From the IMG/VR virus record IMGVR_UViG_3300032893_000082, positions 1 to 47,795 of that record: 47,795 nucleotides of DNA; one strand, 5' to 3'. Under the pieces are notes generated by a model, which worked only from the letters and a program-made list of their open reading frames with translations, was not told where the DNA came from and made no database searches. Positions 36,806-46,588 of this stretch are shown one piece after another (position 1 is the stretch's first letter; the number at the start of each line of letters is the position of its first letter). A program made the position numbers and the translations under genes. Source of the stretch: a virus. Lineage: Duplodnaviria; Caudoviricetes.

Positions 36806-37593
36806 AATTTATTCCTTGTAATCAGTTCGCCCAGATGTGTAATATAAAACGCCAAACATTGGCCTTCCAGGCCCGGTGCTGTGTTTATCTCCCCCACCAG
36901 CATCTTCTTGTCGTTAAACATTATATCCACCGCTCCATACGCCAACCCGCAAGCGTGCATAGCTTTCGCTGCGAGCGCAACAGCCGCCAAGTTTGTGCTA
37001 ACGTTACGCTTGAAGATCCACCCCTTATCGTAGGTTCGGATATAAGTCTCCGGCGTGCCCTCCAAATTGAACTCCTCCCACCGACCCTCGAGAACCCGGC
37101 CCTTCTCAAGATAAAGGGAGCGGTATTTTCCATCAGCTCCCTGGATGCAGTGCACACGGCACTCAGTCTTTTTTGGAAAGTACTTAGTGTAGAGATGGAT
37201 GTCTTCCCTGGTGATCTGTCCCCCTTTCTTGAAGAGTTCGAGACCTTGTGCAGAGTGGGCGTGTAGATTGAAGTGCCCGACCACCGAAGACGTAGTGAGC
37301 CATTCCAAAGCTTCTCCACGCTTAAGTGTGTATTCAAGGGTCGGAATCTCTTTCTCATGCAACCTCTTTAAACAATTAAGTTTATTGGCTGCCACAGCAA
37401 CAGCGGAACACGGATTAAGTATCTTAGGTCCGGCTCCTAGAACCTTGGTACACCCCCAATTGACAATTAATCCCACCTTGTTCTTTGCTTTGTCCATTTC
37501 CCACTCGGCAGGTGTACGTCGAATGAGATTCAAGTTCTGACACAGCCGTCGAGGCGTTCCGCCTCTCCACGGCGAAAGAAGTACTGTCCTCAT
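36802..37593 (-). CDS. ATP-grasp ligase (RimK-like)
   Basis: IVNWG, AANKL, ECRVH, YGAVDI, EINTAPGL. Confidence 0.9.
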   Translation of the reverse strand: MRTVLLSPWRGGTPRRLCQNLNLIRRTPAEWEMDKAKNKVGLIVNWGCTKVLGAGPKILNPCSAVAVAANKLNCLKRLHEKEIPTLEYTLKRGEALEWLTTSSVVGHFNLHAHSAQGLELFKKGGQITREDIHLYTKYFPKKTECRVHCIQGADGKYRSLYLEKGRVLEGRWEEFNLEGTPETYIRTYDKGWIFKRNVSTNLAAVALAAKAMHACGLAYGAVDIMFNDKKMLVGEINTAPGLEGQCLAFYITHLGELITRNKL

Positions 37594-39236
37594 GTTCCTA
37601 CCTTTTTCATGACTATTGGGTCATGAACACAGCATTCGCATATCATCTGATACTCTGCATCGAGTGGGTTATGATCCTCGGGGGGTAGCGGGAACTCCCA
37701 CCACTCCACTCGTCCGATGTCTTCGGCTGTGATCATTCCTTTACACCCGACACACCCTTTTGACGCCACCTCGCGCCACTCACGATACGTAATCTTTTGT
37801 CCTGCGGGGCCTGGGACTAGATCAGTAAGCGCCCTTTCTACCCGCAGATTATCCCCTCCTCGTCGTTCGGCTCCAGATCCAACGGGTGTCCCGTTGTTGG
37901 GTCCCACCCCCACGGAACTCCCTCCTCCTTCGGTCTTTCCCACACTGCTGGTCGTGCTAGACGAATGGGTAACAAGGGGAAGGGACCCCCTATCGAGAGT
38001 TTTACAACTCTCGCAAGCACAGACGTATGAGTGGCCGTTGGGCCGCTTCAAATACTTGTCTTTTTCCGCCAATCGTCGTTTCTGGTCTTGAATTTCCTTG
38101 GCAGCATCCGCTTCTTCTAATCTCACTTCGTAGAAAGCGTACTTCTGCCCGGTATCTGGATCAATCTCATCCCGTGTAAGGTTAATAATTCTGCACGGCA
38201 AAGAGTGAGCAATTAAGTGAGTCTTCTCGTTCCAATCCTTCCAGTGAAGCCCCACTATTCGAACCTTTGAGCCCTTTTCCATAGAGCGTGTGCCATAAGC
38301 GAACCCGTAGGCATGCTGCTCGAGAGTCTCATTCTCCCCGGTTCCGATAGGCTTGTAGAGATTGACTGCGCTCTTAGCGTCTCCTGGTACGCTAACCCAG
38401 ATACAGTCTCCTTTTCCAGGGAACTGCTTAGTGTAGTCTTTCCACCGTTGTTGACTGTTTCCGTAAAGCCCGCCGTTCTCGTTTTGATAACTTGCGGCGG
38501 GCAGGAATTTTTTTTCTTCGTACTTCGTCTTCATGGCTTTAAGAACTTTCTTAGTCAGATCCCACTGATACAAAGTTAAGGTGTCCAATTGCCAAAACTC
38601 GTTCACGTGGGGTATGTTATTCCGACGTAGGAGGCTTACCAGCATGTCCATTTCGGAAGCGAAGTAAAGTATCGTCTGCTCCTTGTTAAGGGCGTAATAA
38701 AGCTCTCGTTCGACATTACGAGCCATGTTAAGCATCTTGGTGCGAGTGTCGTACCAGATAAGAACGTACGCTCCTTCAATAGATTCCAGAGTAGCCAACG
38801 CCCCCTTTTCGAGTAGTGCGTGGGCAGCGTGCGCCGAATCCACTGGGTGAGTAAATCCCGGTGGAGTAAGTGTCAAATAATTCCTGATGTGTCCATTATG
38901 GATCATCAGTACAGAATCTCCAGCAGCATTGGTAAATCTGAACGGGTGGGCGTTTTTGGTAGATACCGTACCAATGGTTGCTGACCTGGTGTGCCCGAGT
39001 ACGGCACGTGAGGAGAAAAGGTTCTTTCCTACCCAATCCCATTCATCGGAGCACACAAAATTGGGCGCCGGAATATGGGACTTGGCAAGATCCGTATCGA
39101 ATTCCTTGTGGACAAGACCGACTCCTGTACCCCCCATGCCACGCAACGCGGACATGTAGAGTCCTTGGACCATGAAATTGTCGATCTTTGTAAAATAAGC
39201 ATCGTCTGCTCTAAATGCTCCAATTAACCCGCACAT
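37590..39236 (-). CDS. Class II glutamine amidotransferase with C-terminal extension
   Basis: N-terminal MCGL (Cys nucleophile), LRG, GHTRSAT, NAHPF, HNG, VDS, FASE. Confidence 0.92.
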   Translation of the reverse strand: MCGLIGAFRADDAYFTKIDNFMVQGLYMSALRGMGGTGVGLVHKEFDTDLAKSHIPAPNFVCSDEWDWVGKNLFSSRAVLGHTRSATIGTVSTKNAHPFRFTNAAGDSVLMIHNGHIRNYLTLTPPGFTHPVDSAHAAHALLEKGALATLESIEGAYVLIWYDTRTKMLNMARNVERELYYALNKEQTILYFASEMDMLVSLLRRNNIPHVNEFWQLDTLTLYQWDLTKKVLKAMKTKYEEKKFLPAASYQNENGGLYGNSQQRWKDYTKQFPGKGDCIWVSVPGDAKSAVNLYKPIGTGENETLEQHAYGFAYGTRSMEKGSKVRIVGLHWKDWNEKTHLIAHSLPCRIINLTRDEIDPDTGQKYAFYEVRLEEADAAKEIQDQKRRLAEKDKYLKRPNGHSYVCACESCKTLDRGSLPLVTHSSSTTSSVGKTEGGGSSVGVGPNNGTPVGSGAERRGGDNLRVERALTDLVPGPAGQKITYREWREVASKGCVGCKGMITAEDIGRVEWWEFPLPPEDHNPLDAEYQMICECCVHDPIVMKKVGT

Positions 39237-39252
39237 TTTTATTTGTTTCCTC

Positions 39253-40209
39253 TTACGCGGCTACATATTGGTAAAGGGTTTCAAGTCCGTTCCAATAGTC
39301 CGCTTCTGAATTGCGAGACATGCGGACAGCATCTCTGTAGTGAGACTTGAAAACTTCGACTAAAAACTGTTCTGGTTTTTTATGGTTGCAGTAATCAATG
39401 ACCTTATCTGGAGTCATGGGGTGCTCTTGGCACCACTGCTTGATCCTCATAATTAGGTTGATCCACGTGATTATAGCATCACGTTGCATGGTTACACGGC
39501 CGTGCCTAAATTCTAGCGTGCCGAAATCTCCTAAAGAAAAACAGTTCAATCCAGCGTACTTATTAGCTTGTTTACCTATCTTAAACCCAGCCACTGCGCT
39601 CGAACTTTCTGGTACGTGGTATTTACGTATGCAATCCTTAAAAGCTTCGAAGTGCTGTGGGTGCTTGTACCACGGGATACAGTAATTGGATAGATGGCGA
39701 CCTCCTCCTACGTATTGATAAAGAAATGGCTCAACTACGCAATAAACAGCTCCGAACTGGTGTACATCGTCGGGGAACGTCGCATCTCGCATGTCTAAGT
39801 GAACGTGCAAAGAAGTACGATAAGATCCTTCAAAACCCAGGACACGAGCACAATCATCCATAGCGTCAATAGCTTTGAGTAATTTGGAGCCGCTATACGG
39901 AGCCTTAAAATTGAACTCCAATCCCTCCCCCCGCAGACTGTGGTCTACGTGGTGATTATAGTATTTACACACCTCCGTAATTACCGCCATGTGCGTAGTC
40001 CCTTGAAGTAGCGGGTTTGGTGCAACAGCCCCTGGGGGCAGTTCCGGGTTAACCGCCAAATTCAAATACGGATTGTCGTTTTTAGGGAATCGCTTCGTCT
40101 TTTCCCATTCGTACTCCAGTCCTATTGCGTTACGCGGAAGACAAAAGTCAGGTACGGGCTGCTCTTGAACTTGATCGTCAGCCGCATTTATTAGATTGCG
40201 TACTTTCAT
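39253..40209 (-). CDS. Putative amidoligase (Amidoligase_2-like)
   Basis: IGLEYE, DHSLR, GLE, LHVHLD, NYC, KYAGLN, GTLEFR. Confidence 0.88.
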   Translation of the reverse strand: MKVRNLINAADDQVQEQPVPDFCLPRNAIGLEYEWEKTKRFPKNDNPYLNLAVNPELPPGAVAPNPLLQGTTHMAVITEVCKYYNHHVDHSLRGEGLEFNFKAPYSGSKLLKAIDAMDDCARVLGFEGSYRTSLHVHLDMRDATFPDDVHQFGAVYCVVEPFLYQYVGGGRHLSNYCIPWYKHPQHFEAFKDCIRKYHVPESSSAVAGFKIGKQANKYAGLNCFSLGDFGTLEFRHGRVTMQRDAIITWINLIMRIKQWCQEHPMTPDKVIDYCNHKKPEQFLVEVFKSHYRDAVRMSRNSEADYWNGLETLYQYVAA

Positions 40210-41111
40210 ATTGCGTCATTAAACCCCATATTATGCAATTCGTAGTGCGGCATAAGATTTTGTGCCCCAGGGTAGCCCCCTCGATACGTAAGTATTGTGC
40301 CGTGGTGCGGACTCCCCGGCCAAACATACAGCACGGAATACCAACGAGAGTTCAACCAATACCCAGGATGGTACCCCTTTATGTAATGAGGATTGGCTGC
40401 CTGCGGAATGATGGCAGAGGCGTCTTTAGCGTCTTTTTTCTCCTTTTGCTCTGAGATTAGTACATTTTCCGGCAGTACTCCAAGTTTTTGAAGTTTGTAC
40501 TTGAACGGTGCTGCCCAAGGGTACAGCTCCACAACGCTCTCCACAACGCCCGGTGCCGTAACAAATTTCCCAATCGGTTCACTATGAAAATAGAGTAGAT
40601 TCGCCACACGATCTATTAAGAAATTCTCTCTCGTCCAGCACGCCAGTGGTCCTTCTCGCCACACGTCTACGAGAGCAGGCTTTACGTGGCGCATCCCATA
40701 CAATTCGCAAAAGGCTTGGCTTGCCGTCTCTTGTACTGTCCTGGCTGCTGGAGGAACATCTCCAAAGAATTTGACATCGTTAAATCTCCAAGGAAACGAT
40801 TTCCTCAAGTTTTTCTGCAACTTGTGTTTCCACAAAGCCGCACCGTGCTTATAATTGAACATGATGGGCTGCATGAGAATGATATCTAACGAAGTCCACC
40901 ATTCCTTGAGAGAAATGGTCTTATCTTTGAATTCTTTCTCACGAGTCAAGTATTGGCCAGATATTTTGTCCCCATCGCCCAGCCCTGATACCACGAACAA
41001 TCGTCGTTTTGTCGGGCTTATCCGCCACACCATTGCGGTGCTAGCGAAATAGTGATTGAAATCTTGAGGAGTAACATCCTTGTAGGCTTCCCCACTAATT
41101 GTTGTTATCAT
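40206..41111 (-). CDS. Hypothetical protein inside the ligase operon
   Basis: 301 aa; ATGA-coupled to the amidoligase. Confidence 0.75.
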   Translation of the reverse strand: MITTISGEAYKDVTPQDFNHYFASTAMVWRISPTKRRLFVVSGLGDGDKISGQYLTREKEFKDKTISLKEWWTSLDIILMQPIMFNYKHGAALWKHKLQKNLRKSFPWRFNDVKFFGDVPPAARTVQETASQAFCELYGMRHVKPALVDVWREGPLACWTRENFLIDRVANLLYFHSEPIGKFVTAPGVVESVVELYPWAAPFKYKLQKLGVLPENVLISEQKEKKDAKDASAIIPQAANPHYIKGYHPGYWLNSRWYSVLYVWPGSPHHGTILTYRGGYPGAQNLMPHYELHNMGFNDAI

Positions 41112-41117
41112 GGTTGC

Positions 41118-42074
41118 TTACTTCCCTAAGGAAAGGTTTCCCGCTTTAATGGCTGCTCTGTTAGCACTCAACTGCTTGCGTTCACTCACCCAACGAGCAA
41201 GAGCATCTGTACACACACTGTAGTGATTCCGATAATTATAAAATGACTCAGGCCCAGCCAGAGCAGTTATTTCAGAAGCAACCTGATCGATGTTAGAGGT
41301 CTTCAAGAACATTTTTATCGCGTCGTTCACACGAGCGCCATGTTGGTCATAATCGAAACAAGTAGCTAAACGATCCATAGTCCAATCGAAAGATGAGATG
41401 ATACCTTTATGATACTCCTTTGCGTCCGGAGAAAGTTTACTAATGCGAGCGGCATTACACCAAGAGTTATCAGGGGATCGGTGTTCAATTCCGTACTCGG
41501 TTTCCCTATAAAGTCCAGGGTGGCCGTAAAACTTCCAGCGGCTCTTATCTGCATAGTATCTACTCCAAGGTAGTACAAAGAGTAGATCTATAAATTTCAC
41601 CAAATTGATTTTCTCCAACCCTTCGGGCCATGGGTTGATACCTACGTGCACGTGCCCCCCAGCAAAGCGCATGTTCTGGAATTTGCTGATCGAGGGAGCT
41701 AACCTAAGTCCGTACGCAAACATGTCAGGGGAACATCCGATATTCATAGCTTCGCTGTATTTACTCAATTCTTCTTGAGGATAGACAGCAGAACTATTCG
41801 GAAGGAATTCGTATTCTTGAAATTTATTCAAGAATACGAGTTGTAAATTCAACAACTTCTTCAAGGTGTCTTTAAGAGATGAGGAAGGAGTAACGTTGAA
41901 CTCAACTGTAACCCCATCTTCAAGAAACCCTCCGTCTGGACTCAAAAACATGGGGGCTCTTTTTTCGCCCCCAAATTTGTGACACGCCACCACCGCCTGG
42001 TGTGTCTTTTTATCGGCTACTATAAATTCAGGATCAGCACCGATAGTTATCTTGTATCTCTTATTATTAGACAT
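41118..42074 (-). CDS. COOH-NH2 ligase type 2 (phiEco32-like)
   Basis: TIGADPEF, EDGVTVEFN, GCSPD, RFAGGHVHVG, YG-x-x-G-x-YR, YGIEHRSPDN. Confidence 0.9.
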   Translation of the reverse strand: MSNNKRYKITIGADPEFIVADKKTHQAVVACHKFGGEKRAPMFLSPDGGFLEDGVTVEFNVTPSSSLKDTLKKLLNLQLVFLNKFQEYEFLPNSSAVYPQEELSKYSEAMNIGCSPDMFAYGLRLAPSISKFQNMRFAGGHVHVGINPWPEGLEKINLVKFIDLLFVLPWSRYYADKSRWKFYGHPGLYRETEYGIEHRSPDNSWCNAARISKLSPDAKEYHKGIISSFDWTMDRLATCFDYDQHGARVNDAIKMFLKTSNIDQVASEITALAGPESFYNYRNHYSVCTDALARWVSERKQLSANRAAIKAGNLSLGK

Positions 42075-42357
42075 AAACCTCTCTCCTGGGCGGAGGCTGA
42101 TAGTTTACTGACCTCAAGCACTCGCCGAAATCGATCCACGGTAACCTTTCAAGAACTACTTCTCTAGCAAGAAAATCGTGACCGTCTTCTCCCAAGACGG
42201 AGTACCAATCACCTTGATCGTAGCGTACGCCGTTTTTAAAGATATTTGCTTCAAAACGTACGATCTCAACCACCGTTCCTACATACTTTTCAGTACCTTC
42301 ACCTGCTTTGCAGTCTCTGCGAATTATAGCCAGATCCCCTGGCTTAAATTTTGCCAT
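42067..42357 (-). CDS. Hypothetical SH3/KOW-like protein
   Basis: KFKPGDLAII...GTVVEIV...LERL; AAGGTG SD. Confidence 0.7.
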   Translation of the reverse strand: MAKFKPGDLAIIRRDCKAGEGTEKYVGTVVEIVRFEANIFKNGVRYDQGDWYSVLGEDGHDFLAREVVLERLPWIDFGECLRSVNYQPPPRREVYV

Positions 42358-42371
42358 GTGACACCACCTTT

Positions 42372-42405
42372 AAAATAAAAGAGGCCGGACATATAGCCCC
42401 CGGCC
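42372..42405 (-). terminator. Intrinsic terminator upstream of the ligase operon
   Basis: - strand GGCCGG...CCGGCC followed by TCTTTTATTTT. Confidence 0.65.
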
Positions 42406-42534
42406 AATAGGCTTCATTGCGTTCCTTTTACGAGTTAAATAACCAGCGCGGAAGCATAGTTATTTATCCCTATTTGGCCTCTGCAATAGTATTTATCCTT
42501 ACTAGCAAATTCCTCGGAACGCGCCGATATCGGT

Positions 42535-42831
42535 TTAATTCTTGGTAGGTGCCTCCGGCAACTTACCCCAATCTGCTCCCTCAACCGCCGCGGGAAACAT
42601 GCGTCGAAGTCTGCCGAGAGTCACTTCGCGACCGATACGTCTAGACGGAGTATCTTTTGGATTGCAGAACGCCCAAGTTGCAGCGTGTACTTTTATATCG
42701 GGATCGATAACAGTTTCCCCAGTTTCCAGGTCAACCACTCTTGCTTGGGTGGCGTACGTCGCAGGTCCACGTATTTCGCGGCTCACGTCGTTACCTTCAT
42801 GAAAATGACGAACAACGATTTTCTTTTTCAC
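42535..42831 (-). CDS. Hypothetical phage protein
   Basis: TAAGGAG SD; AFCNPKD...RRIGR motif. Confidence 0.75.
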   Translation of the reverse strand: MKKKIVVRHFHEGNDVSREIRGPATYATQARVVDLETGETVIDPDIKVHAATWAFCNPKDTPSRRIGREVTLGRLRRMFPAAVEGADWGKLPEAPTKN

Positions 42832-42902
42832 AAAAACTCCTTATAGAATCCCCTCGTGCGTAGCCACGAGATAGTTGTTCAAAGTTTCAAGCAACTTATT
42901 CA

Positions 42903-43115
42903 CTATTTACCACCTTTTTGGAGTTGGTCAGCTATATGACACAATTCCCCGTACCGAGGTTGGATTTTGTATCCTTTTGCGGATTTATAGATCCATCTAT
43001 CACGAGCGTTCCCTAATCTAGCTCGCTTAGTACCTCGGTCACCCTCGTGCTTAGCCCTTCCTTGACGCATAGCACGAGGACGATAACCAGAATAACCTAC
43101 CAGTTTCATAGCCAT
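42903..43115 (-). CDS. Hypothetical basic protein
   Basis: AGGAG SD. Confidence 0.6.
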   Translation of the reverse strand: MAMKLVGYSGYRPRAMRQGRAKHEGDRGTKRARLGNARDRWIYKSAKGYKIQPRYGELCHIADQLQKGGK

Positions 43116-43285
43116 TAAAGGGACTCCTAGAGCGGTAGCGAGGCAATAAGGACAAAATAAACCCTAGCCGAAGCCCCTTACGAGGCATCAGAACTCCGAC
43201 TAGGGTTTTAACCCCCACACTTAAATAAATAGTGCAGGGAGACGCCTCCACAGGCGTCTAGGCGGCGCAGAAGCGCCTTAACTTG

Positions 43286-43420
43286 TCACTGAGAAGGATG
43301 AATTCTAGTACGATGGTGCTTCTTATTCTTTTTAGTTACGGCTTTGCCGCAATTTACGCACACAGAGCGCACCGAAATGCGCGGAGGAGGGCACAAACAC
43401 TTAGAAAATCTCTTAATCAT
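43286..43420 (-). CDS. 44-aa Cys-rich basic peptide (not in ORF track)
   Basis: MIKRFSKCLCPPPRISVRSVCVNCGKAVTKKNKKHHRTRIHPSQ; start overlaps the upstream gene end. Confidence 0.4.
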   Translation of the reverse strand: MIKRFSKCLCPPPRISVRSVCVNCGKAVTKKNKKHHRTRIHPSQ

Positions 43421-43634
43421 GTACTGCCACGCCTATTTTTCTGAGACGTTTAGCTAAAATTGGTCGGCCGGAGGAAAACAACTCCGGCCTTGCAGACAGA
43501 TGAGCACCGGTCTGCCAGCGGGCACGTTGCACCTCTATAGGGAATTGAACCCCTTCATCTGCTAACTTTAACCTTGCTATCAATGGAACCCATAGCACGT
43601 TGTCGTGGAGGGTTAGCACTGCTTGCACTTGCAA
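43413..43634 (-). CDS. Hypothetical protein
   Basis: ORF within the - strand early cluster. Confidence 0.45.
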   Translation of the reverse strand: MQVQAVLTLHDNVLWVPLIARLKLADEGVQFPIEVQRARWQTGAHLSARPELFSSGRPILAKRLRKIGVAVHD

Positions 43635-43677
43635 GGGATGCAGAGCTTATACCGGATTAGAGGTGACCTTCCCTTAG

Positions 43678-44007
43678 CTAAATAGCTGCAGGATACGTCG
43701 CAATCTCAAAGGCGGATTGCGAAATACGCAAAGGATTTTTCGCGCTTACACTCGTACTCCCAACCGAATGATCGTACAAGTGGAATTCGACTTCAGGAAA
43801 ATTAGCCACAGCCCAATCGTAACCCGTCCCCCTATCACACATAAGGTGTAACGCAAGGCAACCTTGGTAGGGTGCTTTCGGATTTGGAAGATTGGTATGC
43901 AAATATACGTGGTCCGGGCCATTTTTTAACCTGTAGATTTCTACCATGTGAACGGAACACAAAAAGGGCTTAGCCACTAAAGTAGTGGCATCTTCATCAA
44001 TAGTCAT
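43678..44007 (-). CDS. Hypothetical protein
   Basis: 109-aa ORF in the early cluster. Confidence 0.65.
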   Translation of the reverse strand: MTIDEDATTLVAKPFLCSVHMVEIYRLKNGPDHVYLHTNLPNPKAPYQGCLALHLMCDRGTGYDWAVANFPEVEFHLYDHSVGSTSVSAKNPLRISQSAFEIATYPAAI

Positions 44008-44017
44008 GGGAACCCCG

Positions 44018-44227
44018 CTAAGAAACTAAATCTGGAGGATTTTTAGGAGATTCGAGCCAAATAGCCAACGAAATATCGACACTAGCATCCTTGAGATGCT
44101 CTGTAGCACTGGACAGAAGGCTACTGTGGTCCTTAAGAGGATCCAGCAACCGTTGGGCTTGTTGGATCTTATTAAGGATCAAAGCTAAATAATCTTTCTC
44201 GTGCTCTGTCAAGTTATTAATTACCAT
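44018..44227 (-). CDS. Hypothetical helical protein
   Basis: ATG at 44227 with AAGG upstream, just after a hairpin; part of track ORF 44018..44281. Confidence 0.55.
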   Translation of the reverse strand: MVINNLTEHEKDYLALILNKIQQAQRLLDPLKDHSSLLSSATEHLKDASVDISLAIWLESPKNPPDLVS

Positions 44228-44245
44228 GTTTTCTTGCCTTAAAGA

Positions 44246-44273
44246 CGGCCCCGAGAGTAACGTCTCGGGGCCG
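44246..44273 (-). terminator. 11-bp hairpin (terminator or processing site)
   Basis: CGGCCCCGAGA / TCTCGGGGCCG perfect stem; only a short TCTTT tail on the - strand. Confidence 0.45.
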
Positions 44274-44380
44274 CTTACCACGGAGATTTTAATGTTTTCT
44301 TACATAGTCACCTCTCTTATTTGTTCGGGTGGCTTAATCTCTCTGTCTAAGATTAGACCGTTGCGGTGCAGCAAAGTTCC

Positions 44381-44659
44381 CTAGCCGTCTAAGTCAGTGT
44401 GCTTCTCCCATGCTTTCCACACGTCCGCAAGGGTATCAAAACTGCGAATTTCTGAGCCAATGAGAAAGCTGTATCCCCCATTCTCTGTGGCGTAACCCAT
44501 TAAAGTCTCGCCGCCACGACTGATCGTAAGAGTACACAGTATAGGACTGGTCAACGCCACTACGCGCGTCGCTTGTAGGGCTCCAGTTTCTTTTTCACCA
44601 ACGTGATTCTGCTGAACTTGCATAAAAACCTCTTGGCAGTTTTGATTAGGGAAAATCAA
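44381..44659 (-). CDS. Hypothetical protein
   Basis: Likely start at internal ATG (MQVQQ) with GAGG SD. Confidence 0.55.
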   Translation of the reverse strand: MIFPNQNCQEVFMQVQQNHVGEKETGALQATRVVALTSPILCTLTISRGGETLMGYATENGGYSFLIGSEIRSFDTLADVWKAWEKHTDLDG

Positions 44660-44964
44660 GAAAGATAGCTAGTCTCTTATTTAGTTTGGCCTCCTATTAT
44701 TTAACGAGCCGTGGGTCGCGGACGTTCCAGTTTCCATATTGATCCAGTAACAGTTTACCCACGCCTAAAGTAACGATTACACCTCCAACGAATCCCACGA
44801 TTATGTTTATCATAAAACCTTCTTACTTGATTGGAAGCCTGAGATTCTGGGTTTAGGGTTTTTATTAACCCGTACATATCGTTTCTCTGTGTAATACTTA
44901 GACCTCGGCTGTGCAATAAAGTTCCCCAGCCTAGGCAAAGACGGCCTAGGCAAATATTCAAGGC

Positions 44965-45000
44965 AAAAGAAAAGGCCGGTAAGGTTTCCCCTACCGGCCT
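44965..45000 (-). terminator. Intrinsic terminator after the 440-aa early gene
   Basis: - strand AGGCCGGTAGGG-GAAA-CCTTACCGGCCT followed by TTTCTTTT. Confidence 0.85.
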
Positions 45001-45014
45001 AGTGGACTAGCATT

Positions 45015-46337
45015 CTACTCGTTTTGAGCTTTTGGCTCGTTAGACTCGACGTCCTTTTCTGCTTCAATGTGCTGTTTCATGTACGCTTTTTCCTCTACAT
45101 ACCGTTCCTTGCCTTCGCTAATCATCAACTGGCGTACATCCGCGTCCGCCGCATCCCAATCGGCTTGATCCAGCCAATCAGGCTTTACCACGGATGGCGC
45201 ATCCGAGCCAGAAGACTCAACGCCCGCAGATTCGATTGCAGCTTGCGGTCTACCCTCAGACTCGGCAATCCCCACACTCGGCCGTGATGACGTTTCCGCA
45301 ATCTTGGCCTTAGTGGCTTCCTGCTTCGCCTTGATGGCTTCACGCAATTTCGCTGCACACTCGGAAAGTATGGCATTGACTACTCCTTGCTCAAGGTCGG
45401 CCGCGGCGTCGTGCGCAGCCAGTATTACAGCGTTGAGGCATTTTTGCGTAGAGTCCGCAAGGTTGCCTCTCTGCCGCGTTCCGCTGGCCATTCCTTGGTT
45501 ATTCTGTTCACCATTCTGCCCGGTTTGCGCTGCTGCTGCTTTTCCTTTCTCCCGCTCGATTCGCTTTTTCTCGGACTCGTGCTTGGCTATGCACAATTCC
45601 GCTAACCGAGCGTCCGCAGTGAACAATCTCCATCCTTTCTTTTCATCCGCGTAGCGCTTACTCCACAAGTTCATGAATCCATCGGCTACGAACATTTGTG
45701 GTTCGCCTTGGTGTTTGGCTTGAAAGTTATACCAGTCCTGTACACCGTTAATGTACGTTTCCGCGTTGTTCATGTACTTGAGTAGCCGACTCTTGGTCAT
45801 TATGTATGAGCCGGCGCCTGTACCGCCTTGTATCTTGGCTATATCGCTCAAAGTGCGGTATGGCTTGATAGCCATAGGCGCAGGACCACGTCCTTCTTCA
45901 TACAGCTTTAGCTCGTGCTTGTACTGTTCCTCCTGAGCGTCCCGCAGATTTTTCAAGGCCCGACCCTCGGCTACCTTGAACGTCCCCTCTACGTAATCCT
46001 CATCCTCACACTGCCGCATGAACAAAAACACCTCGCGGGTTAGCTCTGCTGCAGCCCTAATAGACTTGAGGATTATTGCCTTGCCTGTCTCAGCTACCGC
46101 GTCATCAAACTTGATATCTGAGGCATTTACACCTCGCAATACCACGCCACTGGCTTGTAGCTGGGCAGCGTGCGCGGCCGCCTGCGCGAATTCGGCTTTC
46201 CGTTTCGCTTCCATGGCTTCTCGATCCTTGACCTTGGCCTCAAGTTCGTCTCCAGCGAGATTTGGAAAATCGCGCTTGACAGACTCCTCAACTGACGGAG
46301 CAACGTTTACCATTGTATTTTCAACTGTAGCGTTCAT
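45015..46337 (-). CDS. Large early protein of unknown function
   Basis: TAGGAG SD; Ala/Glu/Lys-rich and helical; own terminator. Confidence 0.85.
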   Translation of the reverse strand: MNATVENTMVNVAPSVEESVKRDFPNLAGDELEAKVKDREAMEAKRKAEFAQAAAHAAQLQASGVVLRGVNASDIKFDDAVAETGKAIILKSIRAAAELTREVFLFMRQCEDEDYVEGTFKVAEGRALKNLRDAQEEQYKHELKLYEEGRGPAPMAIKPYRTLSDIAKIQGGTGAGSYIMTKSRLLKYMNNAETYINGVQDWYNFQAKHQGEPQMFVADGFMNLWSKRYADEKKGWRLFTADARLAELCIAKHESEKKRIEREKGKAAAAQTGQNGEQNNQGMASGTRQRGNLADSTQKCLNAVILAAHDAAADLEQGVVNAILSECAAKLREAIKAKQEATKAKIAETSSRPSVGIAESEGRPQAAIESAGVESSGSDAPSVVKPDWLDQADWDAADADVRQLMISEGKERYVEEKAYMKQHIEAEKDVESNEPKAQNE

Positions 46338-46435
46338 AAGTAAAACTCCTAAGTACGTGTTTGAGTCTTACTCCGAGATAACGCTACAAAGCGCTCCGTT
46401 TTCGCTGTAAAACTGAAAACTCCACAATCAATGGG

Positions 46436-46588
46436 TTACACTTGTCGATCAAATATCCGGACCGCTTTCCAAGGCTTATCCATCCATTTAGCCAGAAACA
46501 GCTCTATGTCACCCCAATAACTGGAACTAGCCTTTAGCTCCGTGCCATCTATGAACTCTATCGAGACTACGTAGCGATCTTTACTCAT
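46436..46588 (-). CDS. 50-aa hypothetical protein (not in ORF track)
   Basis: MSKDRYVVSIEFIDGTELKASSSYWGDIELFLAKWMDKPWKAVRIFDRQV; AGGAGG SD; ATGA coupling. Confidence 0.65.
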   Translation of the reverse strand: MSKDRYVVSIEFIDGTELKASSSYWGDIELFLAKWMDKPWKAVRIFDRQV

